64,000 nt of DNA from positions 27,096,001 to 27,160,000 of the forward strand of contig NC_087250.1 of assembly GCF_037042905.1 (NCBI RefSeq), in the 5' to 3' direction. The position numbers and the translations under genes are program-made. Below, piece after piece: positions 11,925-24,803 of the stretch (position 1 is its first letter; each line of letters opens with the position of its first letter). Source of the stretch: Lytechinus pictus (taxonomy: Eukaryota). The notes under the pieces were generated by a model. The model was not told the origin of the DNA, did not search any database, and saw nothing but the letters and a program-made list of their open reading frames with translations.

Positions 11925-12985
11925 AGCCCGCTGCAGGACAGGAAGTAGCGGGCGTGATACCATCGTTCAGCCCCGAACGAATCCTGAAGAAGGCCATTGG
12001 AAAGTGTCCTTATAGTGAGGTTCAAGTGCAGGGGGTTGCAGTTTCCTGTCTAATGGATTCAGGTTCACAAGTTTCAACCATTACAGAGACATTCTTTCGA
12101 AAGAACTATGGTACTCTCAAGTGGCAAAATATTCATTTCCTGAAATTGACAGCAGCTAATGGACTCTCCATTCCATACTGTGGGTATGTTGAGTTGGATG
12201 TTGTTATAGGAGAACACTACTTACCAGAGATGGGCTGGCTTGTGGTGAAGGAGTCAGGTGATGAAGATACCCGTAGTAGGAAAGAGAAACATCCTGGAGT
12301 TATCGGAAGTAATATTATTGAGGTGCTGCGAGAGGCTGTCCAGTCAAGTGCAGTAGAGTCAGGACAGGTGGGACAGAATCCTTTATCGAGCCTGTCATTC
12401 TACACGGAGGCAAATATGTCAGATATCACAATGACTACATCCACTGTAACAGCAGAGAGCAATTTTCAAGGATGTACTAGGGTAATGGGGAAGCAGCCCA
12501 GTCTCATTCCTGCAGAGAGCACAAGGACTGTTACTTCTTCCGCTCGTGGGCATGATGAAGTCATGTTAATTGAAGAACTTGAAGGGAGTTCCCTTCCTCA
12601 TGGGCTATCGGTGCTGCCTTCATTAGTCTGTTCCAGGCATGGACAGATCCCAGTCACAGTTAGCAATTTCTCCCGAGAGGATCAGTACCTGTATCCACAC
12701 ACCCCGATAGCAAAGATTGACTTGCCTCAAGAGATTCAGAATTTTCCAAGGAATTCTGTAGAAACAATTTCAGTCGAAGAAGTGATGGTGCTCCAAGGCC
12801 ATACCCCAGATATTGTCAAGTCCGAGGAGTCTGAAATCAAAGATGTATTTTCCAAACTTGACATTGGTGACATAAGTGTAGAGGAGAGAAGTATAGGCTA
12901 CAATCACTTATCACACAGCATGATGAAGTGTTCAGCAGGGGAGATCATGACATGGGGTACTGTGATAAGATCAGACATTCAATAA
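11894..12985 (+). CDS. pol: Pol part 1: aspartic protease
   Basis: CLMDSGSQVSTI active site and VIGSN. Frameshift near 12900 before RT. Confidence 0.9.
   Translation: MPSHTQFKRIKPAAGQEVAGVIPSFSPERILKKAIGKCPYSEVQVQGVAVSCLMDSGSQVSTITETFFRKNYGTLKWQNIHFLKLTAANGLSIPYCGYVELDVVIGEHYLPEMGWLVVKESGDEDTRSRKEKHPGVIGSNIIEVLREAVQSSAVESGQVGQNPLSSLSFYTEANMSDITMTTSTVTAESNFQGCTRVMGKQPSLIPAESTRTVTSSARGHDEVMLIEELEGSSLPHGLSVLPSLVCSRHGQIPVTVSNFSREDQYLYPHTPIAKIDLPQEIQNFPRNSVETISVEEVMVLQGHTPDIVKSEESEIKDVFSKLDIGDISVEERSIGYNHLSHSMMKCSAGEIMTWGTVIRSDIQ
11912..11953 (+). promoter_or_regulatory. Programmed -1 ribosomal frameshift signal
   Basis: T TTA AAC in the gag frame, 7 nt spacer, 9 bp stem GCCCGCTGC/GTAGCGGGC. The protease ORF is in the -1 frame. 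Confidence 0.85.
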
Positions 12986-15900
12986 AGACAGTGGATGATA
13001 CTCCAATCAAGTTGCCTTACAGACGGGTTCCACCAAGCCAGTGGGAGGCAGTTAGAGATTTCTTGGAAACGCAGTGTTCCATTGGTGTCATCCGTCCAAG
13101 TACTTCACCGTACGCTGCTGCCATGGTTTTGGTAAAGAAGCCTAATGCAAAGATCAGAGTTTGTGGTGATTTCCGACTGTTGAATGCAAAGACTATCAAA
13201 GACGCACACCCACTCCCACGAGTTGATGAGTCATTAGAGGCATTGAAAGGAGCCAAGTACTTTGCATCCTTAGATCTGGCGCATGGCTTTTGGCAGTGTG
13301 CTATTGAGGAGACTGATGTACCCAAAACTGCATTTCGAGCTGGTCCTTGGGGTCTCTTTGAATACACTCGAATGCCCATGGGTTTGTGCAATGCCCCTGC
13401 CACATTTTCCAGGTTAATGCAAGCTTGTCTGGGAGATGTCAATCTACAGAGTGTAATAGTCTACCTGGATGACATTCTGGTCTTCGGCAGCACTTTTGAA
13501 GAAATCTTGGATAGACTAGATATGGTCTTGCATCGCCTTCATGCATTCGGACTCAAGATCAAGCCAGAAAAATGCCACTTAATGAAGAAGGAGGTTAAGT
13601 ACCTGGGCCATGTTGTGTCTGAAGCAGGAATTAGTACTGATCCAGAGAAGGTATCTGCTGTCAAGTCGTGGAAGATTCCTATGACGGAAAGTGAGCTGAG
13701 GTCATTTCTTGGGCTAGCCAGTTATTATCGCCGTTTCATACAGGGCTTTGCCTCGATAGCGAGACCTCTTCATGCTCTCCTGGGACCCACCAACAGGCGA
13801 TTGGCTAAGAAGAAAAAGAACAGACCTAGCAGTCATGACAGTCGGCCATTTCAAGACAAGTGGACGGATGAGTGCCCCCAAGCCTTTGAGGAAATGAAAA
13901 GATGCCTTACATCTAGTCCGCTGTTGGGATATCCGGACTTCAAATCTCCGTTCATTGTTGAAACGGATGCCAGTTTTAGTGGACTAGGTGCTGTTCTGTC
14001 ACAGAAACAGAACAGCAGGACGGTAGTCATAGCCTATGCCAGCCGCTCCCTACGTCCAGCAGAACGCAATGATGCCAATTACAGTGCTATGAAGTTAGAA
14101 CTGTTGGGACTGAAATGGGCGGTTACAGAGAAATTTCGGGATTATCTACTTGGAAACACTTTCACAGTACTTACCGACAATAATCCTCTTGCCTACTTAG
14201 ACACCGCCAAATTAGGAGCCACGGAAATGCGATGGGTTGCGCAGCTTGCTCAGTTCAACTTCAAGGTGCAATACCGTTCTGGACGAACCAATCGTCATGC
14301 CGATGCCCTGAGTCGCAACCCTTCCCCATCTATTGGCAATACCCTGGAACACGATGAGACAGATGTCTTGTCTCACTTGGTGACAAGCAGCGAACTACCT
14401 CAAGAGTTGAAGGTTAGGGTGGAGGAATTGATGATGGAAGCTACATCCACACAGATTCACTCAACTGTCACGATTGACGAAGTGAGAACCCGATCGAGCA
14501 ATATCAATCCGGTTGGATGCCAATCCACTCTTCCAGGTTTCACTCATACATATATCTGTCGGCTCCAGGAAACGGACCCAGACATTGGTCACCTTCTTCG
14601 ACTAAAGAAGTCACTGCAGAAACCTAGTGGAAACATTCTTCACTCACTGCCAAAGAATGTAAGACTCTATGTTCGAGAGTGGGACCGAATTGTCTGCATT
14701 GGCAAAGTGTGGGTCCGGGAAGTCCAGTTCCGAGATCAATTTGTTCAGCAACTTCTGCTCCCTACGTCTTTGAAAGGAAGAATCCTAGAAGAGTTGCATG
14801 ACAATCTTGGCCATCAGGGAGTAGACCGTACGTTGTCTCTATGCAGGAGCCGCTTCTTCTGGCCAGGCATGTCAACAGATGTAGAGAGATATTGCCAAAA
14901 CTGCCATCGCTGCCTGTTCGCCAAGGCCAAGCCGAAAGTCCGCCCAGCTATGGGTAGTATCATTGCCCAGAAGCCGCAAGAAGTAGTAGCAATTGACTTT
15001 ACTGTATTGGAGCGCTCAGCAAATGGCTTTGAGAATGTTCTAGTGATTACAGATGTCTTCACTAAGTTTACCCAAGCCATACCCACCAGAGATCAGAAGG
15101 CTAGGACAGTGGCTGAAGTCTTAGTAAAAGAATGGTTTGTGCGTTATGGTGTACCAAGAAGGCTCCATAGTGATCAAGGACTGGACGTTGTTTTGAGGCT
15201 GATATCATACAGGAACTTGGTCGTATGTATGGAATCAGAAAGAGTCGAACCACCCCATACCATCCAACTGGTAATGGACAAGCGGAGCGATTCAACAGGA
15301 CCATGCATAATCTTCTCAGAACCCTGGAAATTGATGAGAAACGGAGATGGAACCAACATATATCGCTGAAATTGTCTTCGCTTATAATGCAACACCACAT
15401 GCAAGCACAGGATATACTCCCTACTTCTTATTCTTTGGTAGAGAACCTCAACTTCCCATAGATCAGCTTTTCAGACCTCCAAGCCAAGGTGGTAAATCAG
15501 CTAACATAGATGAGTGGGTGTCTAAGCATCAGAGTCAGCTAAAGAATGCTTGGGAGAGAGCTGCCGGAAACTTGGAGAAGGAAGCACGACGACGTCAAAA
15601 GATCCAAAAGACTAGTGCAAAGGATGTCGAACTTGAGGTTGGCCAGAGAGTGTTGCTACGACAGCAAGCTTGGACAGGAAGGCACAAAATCCAAGACATT
15701 TGGCAAGGAAACCCATACCGCATCCGAAAGAGACTAAACCCAACTGGACATGTGTATGAAATTGAACCAGTCAATGGTTCTGAGAAAACCAAAGTGGTAA
15801 ACAGAGTTGACTTATTGATTATTCCAGAATCAATCCCAGAATCAATTGAATTGGTCCCCCATTCCAAGCCTAGGACTCTTCCTACTTCAATATCCATGCC

Positions 15901-16006
15901 GGATAAACCGGATGATATCACTAATGTGCAGTGGAATGTAAGTGACATTGCCCAGGCTCTCAACCACTCACAAGCCCCACCCTCATTTCCAGAAAATTAT
16001 CAGCCT
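12928..16006 (+). pseudogene. pol: Pol part 2: RT, RNase H, integrase (frameshifts near 15180 and 15355)
   Basis: RMPMGL, YLDD, TDAS, ELL, TDN, HHCC zinc finger, [22 protein letters not shown] and [14 protein letters not shown] continue in shifted frames. Confidence 0.93.
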
Positions 16007-19000
16007 TAGTCCGGGTTATAATTGAGCAAGGTGCCACAAGAAAAAGGAGAAATTTTCATATAGTGCTTCTAGACCAGTTTTTTACGCTGAATATGAATAT
16101 ATGAGGTAACCAGGCTGTATCCTGAAAATTAACCTGTGAGGGCGCTTTTTTCAAAATGGCCGCCAAATTTTCAGAACATTTGAATTTTCGTACATAGATT
16201 TTGACATAAATATTCCATTGCCACAAAATTAGTGTCATATGAAAGACAAATAAATTTTCTACAATTTGGTACTATTTATAGGGGATAAGTAGGTCATTTG
16301 GCTGAGATTTTAAGTAGAAAACTGCATTTTTTGTCATTTTTTCCCCAAAATTGAAAATTTTGCAAATACATGATTTTACATAATTCTGAGAAAAATGAAT
16401 GAATTACCTTGAAATGTTCCAGAAAACTTTATTGACATACTATTATCATGTGGATGAAATTCCAACTCTGTATCATTCTTCTTAGCAAATTTATAAGGTA
16501 TCAAACTTGAATACTTCAATTTCAGAAATGTCGCTTTTTGTATGCATTTCCATAGACTAATACGTATAACATGTACTGTACATGTATAATATGTATAATG
16601 AATAGTTTAATAAAATTTAAATGCAATTATCTCCGCTTTTTAACCACTTAGAGAGTTAAGAGTAGGCTTTTCTCTATCAGCTACATAAAACAAAATGTTG
16701 GCACATCGAGGCCTAACACTCTCATGGGGTGGGGGTGTCGAAGCCCCCCCCCCACCCCATTTGGCTATATCATGTTGTTGTATATTGCCTATTTATTGGA
16801 AAATCACTATTTGTTGAAGCACCCATTGAGGCAAAAGGCATTTCTGCTATACAGTACAGCCACTTTAATTACTTTGAAACCACTTGGAGAGGAAAAGAGT
16901 AAGCTTTGTCATGTTTGTTCTACCAGCTATATCAAAAGAAGTGGCACGTACATCGAAGCCAACCCCTCTCCGGGGGGGGGGGGGAGGGCGCTGGGGAAGT
17001 CACCCCTCCCCCTTTTGCTTATTGCCAATGTATTTGGAAATTCACCATTTTGGACCCAACATTAAGGCAAAAAAGCGTTTGTGCTTATTAGTATTTTATT
17101 AATTTGAGAGAGTAGAGTTTGTTCTACCAGCTACATAAATAAGCGCTAGCACATCGAACCCTAGCCCTCTCAGGGGCTGTCTAAGTCACCCCCTCCTCTA
17201 TATCATGTATGTTGCCTATTTATTGGAAATTTCACCATTTTGGATCACCCATTGAGGCATAAGGGCGTTTCTATATCATACAGCCAATTTTATTTTCTTG
17301 CAATTACTTTGAGAGAAAAGAGTAGGCTTTGCTCTATCAGCTACAAATTATTAAGAAGCGCTGGCACATCGAACCCTAGCCCTCTCAGGGGCTGTCTAAG
17401 TCACCCCCTCCTCTATATCATGTATGTTGCCTATTTATTGGAAATTTCACCATTTTGGATCACCCATTGAGGCATAAGGGCGTTTCTATATCATACAGCC
17501 AATTTTATTTTCTTGCAATTACTTTGAGAGAAAAGCGTAGGCTTTGCTCTATCAGCTGCATATAAACAAGTGCTGGCAAAGAAAAGCCTACCCCTTCCGG
17601 GATGCTGTAGAAATCACCCCATCCCTTTTGCATTATAGCATATTTATTGAAAAATTCACCATTTTGGAGCCCCCATTTAGGCAAAAAGGCATTTCTGATA
17701 TAGTTCTGCCACTATTACTGCCTTGAAACCACTTAGGGAGTAAAGAATAGGTTTTGCTTTATCATCTACATAAAAAGATGTGCTGGCAAATAAAAGCCTA
17801 CTCCCTTTAGGGGACTGTCGAAATTACCCCCCCCCCCCCTTGAAATTCACCATTTTGGAGCCTCCATTGAGGAAAAAAGGCGTTTCTGATATATAGTTCT
17901 GCCACTTTTAAATCCTTGAAACCATTTAGGGAGGAAAGAATAGGTTTTGCTTTATCAGCCACATATAAAGAAGTGCAGGCAAACAGCAGGAGGCTGTCGA
18001 AATCACCCATCCCTTTTGCATTATTGCCTATTTATTGAAAAAATCACCACTTTGGAGCCCCCATTGGGACAGATAGTCATTTCTGATTATGTTTCTGCTT
18101 TTTTTCACCCTTGAAAACTCTTGGAGAGAAAAAAATAGGCTTTGCTTTAACAGCTACATATAAAGACATGCTCGCAAATAAAAGCCTATCCCCATCAGAG
18201 GGCTGTTGAAATCACCCCACCCCTTTTTCATTATTGCTTATTTATTGGAAAATTCACCATTTTGGAGCCCCCATTGAGGCAAAAAGGCGGTTCTGATATA
18301 TAGTTCTACCACTATTACCGCCTTGAAACTACTTGGAGAGGAAATAGTAGGCTTTCCTCTAACAGCTACATATAAAGAAGTGGCTCTACTATATACATGT
18401 ACCAGAAACACTTTTTTGCCTCAATGGGGCTCCAAAATGGCGAGTTTTCCAATGAATTGGAAAAAAATCGTAAAAAAGGTGGGGTAACATCTATATAGTC
18501 CCCTGAAGTGGGTCAGGTTTCGATATGGCAGCAATTCGTTATATATAGCTGAAAGATGGGAACCTACTCTTTCCTCTCCAAGTGGTTTCAAGAAAATGAA
18601 ATTGGGTGTTTTATACAGCAGAAGTGCATATCGCCTCAATGGGGGCTCAAAAATTGTGAATTTTCAAATAATTAGGCAATAATGCAAGAGGGGTGGGGTG
18701 ATTTGACAGCCGCCAAGATAGGTAAGCTTCAATGTGCCAGCACTTCTTTGTAGAGCAAAGCATATTCTTTCCTCCTTAATTGGTTTCAAGGCAGTAAAAG
18801 TGGCAGAACTTTATATCAGAGATGTCTTTTTACCTCAATGGGGGCTCAAAAAAGGTGAATTTCCAATAAATAGGTAATAACGCAAAGGGGTGAGGGGGTG
18901 ATTTCGACAGCCCCCAGAAGGGGGTAGGCTTTTATTTGCCAGCACAAAATTATGTAGCTGATAGAGCAAAGCCTATTCTTTCCTCTCTAAGTGGTTTCAA

Positions 19001-20713
19001 GGCAATAACAGTGGCAGAACTATATATCAGAGACGCCTTTTTGCTTCAATGGGGGCTCCAAAATGGTGACTTTTCAACAAATAGCCAAAAACCGAAAATT
19101 AGTGGGGTAACTTCTATAGCCGCTTGAAGGAGATACGCTTTGATTTGCCAACACTTCTTTATATGTAGCTGACAGAGCAAAGCCTACTCTTTCCTCTCCA
19201 AGTCATTGCTAGAAAAGAAATTTGCTGTACTATATAGTAGAAACGCCCTTTGCCTCAATGGGTGATGCAAATTGTGACTGTCCAATAGATAGTCAATTAC
19301 CGAAAATTGGTGGGGTAAATTCTACAGCCCCCTAAACATTCTGAAGGGGATAGGCTTTGATTTGCCAACACTTCTTGATATGTAGCTGATAGAGCAAATC
19401 CTAATCTTTCCTCTCCAAGTCATTGCAAGAAAATACAATTGGCTGTACTATATAGTAGGAACGCGCTTTTGCCTGAATGGGTGATCCAAAATGGTGAAAT
19501 ATCCAATAAATTGGCAATATACATGATATAGAGGGGGGGGGGGGTGGTGACTTAGACAGCCCATGAGAGGGCTAGGGTTCAATGTGCCAGTGCTTATTTA
19601 TATGTAGCTGGTAGAACAAACGCTACTCTTTCCTCTCTAAGTGGTTTCGAATCAATAAAATGGGGTGTACAACAAAGCACAAACGATTTTTGGCCTCAAT
19701 GTTGGGTCCAAAATTGTGAATTTTGGCAATATTAAGGAACCCCCCCCCCCCCGAGAGGGGTAGGCTTCGATGTGCCACTTTGTATGTAGCTGGTAGAACA
19801 AAGCCTATATACTCTTTCCTCTCCAAGTGGTTTCAAAGCAATCAAAGTGACTGTACTGTATAGCAGAAATGCCTGTTTTTGCTTCAATGGGTGCTCCAAA
19901 AAACAGAGATTTTTCCAACAAATAGGCAATATACAACAACATGATATAGCCAAGGGCAAGAGGGGGGGGGGGGTGACTTCGACACCCCCACCCCATGAGA
20001 GGGTCAGGCCTTGATGTGCCAACATTTTGTTTTATGTAGCTGATAGAGAAAAGCCTACTCTTAACTCTCCAAGTGGTTAAAAAGCGGAGATAATTGCATT
20101 TAAATTTTATTAAACTATACATTATACATATTATACATGTACAGTACATGTTATACGTATTAGTCTATGGAAATGCATACAAAAAGCGACATTTCTGAAA
20201 TTGAAGTATTCAAGTTTGATACCTTATAAATTTGCTAAGAAGAATGATACAGAGTTGGAATTTCATCCACATGATAATAGTATATCAATAAAGTTTTCTA
20301 GAACATTTCAAGGTAATTCATTCATTTTTCTCAGAATTATGTAAAATCATGTATTTGCAAAATTTTCAATTTTTGGGAAAAAATGACAAAAAATGCAGTT
20401 TTCTACTTAAAATCTCAGCCAAATGACCTACTTGTCCCCTATAAATAGTACCAAATTGTAGAAAATTTATTTGTCTTTCATATGACACTAATTTTGTGGC
20501 AATGGAATATTTATGTCAAAATCTATGTACGAAAATTCAAATGTTCTGAAAATTTGGCGGCCATTTTGAAAAAAGCGCCCTCACAGGTTAATTTTCAGGA
20601 TACAGCCTGGTTACCTCATATATTCATATTCAGCGTAAAAAACTGGTCTAGAAGCACTATATGAAAATTTCTCCTTTTTCTTGTGGCACCTTGCTCAATT
20701 ATAACCCGGACTA
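16007..20713. mobile_element. Non-autonomous foldback DNA transposon with TAG...CTA ends (Academ-like, inferred)
   Basis: About 700 bp of near-perfect terminal inverted repeats (TAGTCCGGGTTATAATTGAGC...). Interior is ~210-230 bp subrepeats that flip orientation near 18400. No transposase ORF. Confidence 0.9.
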
Positions 20714-20715
20714 TA

Positions 20716-21024
20716 CCTGTAGAGGAGCCTGTTTTGGAAGATGGAAATGAGCAGTCGCAGACCAAACCATATGAGGCATTTCTGACTCCCGTTCATGACT
20801 CGTTATTAGATGAAGAAACCGTCAATGAGGAGGGATCCCTCCTTGTCAGTGAGAATGATGTGCCACAATCGGAACAAGAGAAGCCGATGTCTCCCTGTCT
20901 TCGAAGGTCAACTCGCTCCACGGCGGGTAGAAATAATAACCCATATAATCTTCCAAGATCTGTTTTGAGCGAAGGAATTGACCTTTCATCAAACATTTCA
21001 AATTTATTCAATGTATTCTGGTAA
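20716..21024 (+). pseudogene. pol: C-terminal tail of Gypsy Pol, resumed after the insertion
   Basis: PVEEPVLE...LRRSTR; joins in frame to ...NYQP at 16006 if CCT is the duplicated target. Confidence 0.7.
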
Positions 21025-21112
21025 CTATAGTAATGGATATTGGAATTTATAGAAATAATTCATACTTTGTAATTAATAGGTGTTTATTTATGTTGCTGGG
21101 ACAGCAACCATT

Positions 21113-21125
21113 TAGCAGGGGAGAA
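21113..21125 (+). promoter_or_regulatory. Polypurine tract
   Basis: Purine run (AGCAGGGGAGAA) directly before the 3' LTR. Confidence 0.85.
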
Positions 21126-22377
21126 TGTAACAGGTCAGAAAATATATGTACAAAAGAGAGAGAGATATTTTCTATGTGTATGTAAAACTGATCTGTTGAG
21201 AAGGTCCCTGAATGCATTGAAGCATATGTATTGTCACTGAAAGCATTGTATGGAAGTGATCCCTTTCAATCAGAAATACTTCTGAGGAGATCCCTTCAGG
21301 GAAGTTCTCCTTGACCTTGGGTCAGTGAGGGTGATCTTGGGACAGCTTTCTTGATAGCTTGCTTGACACATGACCAAATGAGAGGGAAAGAGACTGACCA
21401 CCCTCTTGCTTTGGGGAGGTCAAGATTTGAGTTACATGTACATTCTTTGATGATCTATTTGAAGGTGGTTTGATTGATCTTCACACTGTCAAAAAGCTGT
21501 ATATTGGGGTGAGTTTCTCATATGTTAATGATTCTCTTAAAACATTTATTTTGATGCATTTTGTGAGATTTTTAAAGAGAAAGTACTTGCATTGCATAAA
21601 TTATTTGATATTGCTGTGATATGTATATGCCATGAATGTAGCAAGAGGAATTTATAAAGGTATCCTCTCTGTGTTATGAATCGGATGGATAGGTATTTGG
21701 AATTATTTTTTTTTGGCAATTATGTACTATTTTTTTGTACATTGAACATGGATTGCACCTGTCAGGATTTATTTTTAGATAATGTACTGTAATCAGAATG
21801 ATTGTGTATAAATTACACATAAGTAGAAAATAATTTGTTTCATTGGTATGATTCAAGACTTTTATCAAAGATGTTATGAATATTTATATTTACAGTGGTT
21901 GAACCTTGGATTCGTCGACAACGCTATGTATGTGACTTTCAATCTGCATGTAGTTTTGTCCTCCTTCAGAACTCAAGAGGGGTGAGTTAATGTTATATGA
22001 TCACAGACAAATTATAACAAAATACATTGTATTGATATTTTGTGACAATTGATCGTGTTTATTTTCTTGTTTATGTAATCTATAAAATCAGATATTGTAT
22101 ATAATTTTTGTGTATTGTTGGACAGTGCCCTAAGTATGTTGAATGATTATTATTATTTTGTGAACATGTTAAAACTAGGTGAGGTTTGAATTCTTTTAAG
22201 AGTACAATGGTTTATTATTGTTTGTGCTGATGATGTAAAAAAATTATTAAAAAAATGATATACATGTACTCATCATTTTTTTTCTTTTTTTCTTTCAAGG
22301 GTTGATCTACCCTCAAAATAAATACCACATAAACTTTTAAATGACTGTGCCATGTGTCATTCATACCTGCCGTAACA
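21126..22377 (+). repeat. 3' LTR (1252 bp)
   Basis: Same termini as the 5' LTR, with an extra segment at ~21479-22098. Confidence 0.95.
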
Positions 22378-22535
22378 TTTAAAAATTCCCCCGATTTACT
22401 GGGAAGTAAATAAGCAATGAACTTAGATAGAGAAATTGTAAACTAGGCTGTATAAACATGATGAAAGAGACGCTCCGAGGTTTGTGCACCGCGTTGTGAC
22501 GTCAGAAGTCAGCTTGCCCGTTCAAATCAATCACT

Positions 22536-22957
22536 AGCGCGTTTTCGCCCAGCGTCGTACGACGTAGAACGTAAGGGTCGTGTGCAAAAATCGCCAACTT
22601 CCATGGAAACAGAGGCCCGAGCGTTCTTGAGCTCAAATCACGGACGGTTCTTCCGCAAATTAGCGGGCGTCCGCATTAGAACGTAGGATTTGTCAACAGC
22701 CGTCAACAGCCAATCAGATCGCTTGTAGAGCGAGCAAGCTGAGCTGAGCCGCGCCGACAGCCAGTTCATAGAGCGCGGGCGCGGGATTTTCCCTAGTAGT
22801 GGTGACGTCATGCAGTCTACGTACTTCCGGTCGATCCGGATCCGTTCAGCGATTTGCGAAACTGCTTACAAGCGAGAGTTGAGCGCGACGGACGCACGAA
22901 CCAAGAGATCGTTCTACGTCGTAGATAGCGTCGTACGACGCTGGGCGAAAACGCGCT
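22536..22957. mobile_element. MITE, PIF/Harbinger-like
   Basis: ~29 bp perfect TIR AGCGCGTTTTCGCCCAGCGTCGTACGACG; 3 bp duplication ACT on both sides. Confidence 0.85.
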
Positions 22958-23439
22958 ACTGACGCCTTTTCTCGGAATGGTCTAAATCGGATCTAATCCC
23001 TTTTGCAACCAAACTCTTCATTTTTAGTGTCATTATCCATAATATGAAGACTTTGTATTGGATTTTCTGTTTGGAAATAAAATCTAATACCGAGACCTCA
23101 AAATGAACACATGTAATTGACATGACTTGCTCATTGTTGATATAAAGTCTCTTTATTATGATAGAGTAAACTCTAAATTTCATTCTTATAGACCATAAGC
23201 ATGTATCTGGTCATTCAGTATGAAGTCTGTGTAATATCGACTATCATTTATACGACCTATTGATTTTGCTGGAAAGCTGAAACCTAGGATAATTTATGTA
23301 CATGTACCCTGGTTTTTAAGTTTGTATAGGTACTGATCATTTGTTGTAATCTTACAGAGAAACCAAAATTCATGGTCTTAGGGTGTAAACAAAAAACTTC
23401 ATATACATATAAATTATTGTATTCACATAAACCATAATG

Positions 23440-24335
23440 GTAACGAGATAAGTCAATGCTCTAGTATCAAATGTCTAGGTGTTATAATTGATAGACATCT
23501 TTTGTGGCATGATCAAGTAGATTCTGTTTGTAAAAAAATATTTGCTGGACTTGCTATGTTAAAAAGAATTCGTCCTTTTGTAGAAAATGATACTCTGAAA
23601 TCATTATATATGTGCCTTATTGAATCACAAATGAATTATTGTTGTGTGATATGGGGAGATCGTTTTCAGATTCATGTGGATCGAATTACCAAACTCCAAA
23701 AAAGAGCAGCCCGTTTGATCCTTAGAAGTCACATATATACCCCATCCAAAGAAATGTTTTCAAATCTAGATTGGACAACCTTCAAGTACAGAATCATTTA
23801 TTTTCGATATATATTTGTTTATAAATGTGTTCATGGACTCGCACCAGAATACTACTCAAATCATTTTCAGGATCTAAACAAAACCCATTCGAAAAATACG
23901 AGGCAGTCCGTCAGACACGATCTTGTTATTCCAAGGTGTCGTTCTGATTATTGCAAGCATTTCTTATTTTACGCCTGTCCAAAACTGTGGAATAGCTTGC
24001 CGGTCATCATACGGGAATCGTCATCTTTAAATTAATTTAAATATAATCTTAAAAAAACATCTCAGGTCGATTGACAATTAAGGTTTACGCTGGCACTTTA
24101 TGTATTTGAATGTTTGAATACCATTGAAATAATCTCTCTAATTTTGCAATGTTTATTATTGATGTCTTCGCAATTCAGCTTGTATTACATTTATTGCATA
24201 TGTTAAGCTATTTTGAATGTTTTTATCTGTAAATATTTTCTGTTATTATATTCTTGTGTATAGGGGCCCCATGGGAGATCAACTGATGTTGGATGGGTTA
24301 CCCCTTTATGAATAAACAATAAACAAACAAAAAAT
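23440..24335 (+). mobile_element. 5'-truncated L2/CR1-group LINE (post-RT region, 3' UTR, tail)
   Basis: KCLGVIID..WHDQVD..NYCCVIWG..LQKRAARLIL..KLWNSLP; terminal GC-rich hairpin region, AATAAA and (AAAC)n tail. Confidence 0.85.
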
Positions 24336-24400
24336 GTAAACATAATCTATCAAATTGTAGAGGATACTACCATAAACCCCTATGATGATACATCACAATA

Positions 24401-24803
24401 CAGGGGCCGGGGAAGTGTTTTCAAAGTGGGGGGGGGGGGGGTCTGACCATGCCAAAAAACACAATCGTATGGTCATTTTTACATTTTTGTACATGCTTTT
24501 TGAAAAAAGTTGGGGGACTGAAGCCCCCCCCCCAGTGGCGTACCTATGATTTTCCACTGGGGGGGGGGCAAAACCGCCCCCTGTTTGACAAGCAAGCAAC
24601 AACAAAAAAGTCTTCAAGCTCGTCAGGCGGGGGGGGGGGGGGCAATAGGGGACTTCGAGCTCGTCAGGGGGGGCGGCAAAAAAGGTCTTTCAAGCTCGTC
24701 AGGGGGAGGGGGGGGGCAGGGATACGTCTTTGCATGGGTGGTGGCTCGTCAGGTACGCTAGTAGGTACGCTAGTCCCCCCCCCCCCCCCGCTTCCGCGGC
24801 CTC
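24401..24803. mobile_element. Short G/C-tract interspersed element with a second one nested in its poly-C run
   Basis: Outer AGGGGCCG...CGGCCTCT flanked by ACAATAC on both sides; inner CAGTGGCGTACCT...AGGTACGCTAGT at ~24533-24774. Confidence 0.55.

Larger units (their letters stand above)
9938..22377 (+). mobile_element. Full-length Ty3/Gypsy LTR retrotransposon (pol frameshifted, interrupted by a DNA element)
   Basis: TG...CA LTRs, 4 bp target duplication TTTA (9934-9937 and 22378-22381), PBS, gag, PR-RT-RNaseH-IN order, PPT. Confidence 0.97.

Noticed and set aside
16056..20664. Identical 60 aa ORFs on opposite strands
   Set aside because: They are the two TIRs of one element; no coding signal.
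20683..21024. Possible env-like third ORF of the Gypsy element
   Set aside because: It starts inside the inserted TIR and is better explained as the displaced Pol tail; no signal peptide or TM segment.
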